64,000 nt of DNA from the human T2T-CHM13v2.0 reference genome, Homo sapiens: NCBI RefSeq assembly GCF_009914755.1, contig NC_060943.1. One strand, written 5' to 3'. The notes below the pieces were generated by a model that saw nothing but the letters and a program-made list of their open reading frames with translations, had not been told where the DNA came from and made no database searches. The translations under genes and the position numbers were made by a program. How positions within the stretch are numbered: position 1 is the first letter of the stretch; each line of letters begins with the position of its first letter. Below are positions 63,230 through 64,000 of the stretch, one piece after another.

Positions 63230-64000
<771 letters not shown>

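Overview
Primate (catarrhine, human-like) non-coding genomic DNA: an AluY is present, along with AluS/AluJ, L1PA/L1PB/L1M, THE1A, MSTA and MER41 elements. I find no credible protein-coding gene, processed pseudogene, structural RNA gene or CpG island. The ORFs in the track are low-complexity, repeat-derived (L1 ORF2 C-termini, Alu, THE1 internal) or chance ORFs. The window is a transposon-rich intergenic or deep-intronic region. It contains a 1.2-kb pyrimidine/purine tract, about 15 Alus, many short L1 3' ends and several solo LTRs with readable target-site duplications (TSDs). It also holds a full-length THE1A nested in another LTR, a MER41B-type LTR retaining a STAT GAS motif, and a repeat-poor island (about 28.8-33.2 kb) that may be regulatory. 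I see no evidence of a new multi-component biological system. The most notable sequence-level observations are: an L1 with a tiny 3' transduction; a TSD-flanked solo poly(A) insertion; several fold-back hairpins that appear to post-date their host elements; two (AAGGG)n arrays born in retroelements; and a cluster of inverted Alus. Repeat subfamily names come from recalled consensus sequences and need RepeatMasker/Dfam confirmation.
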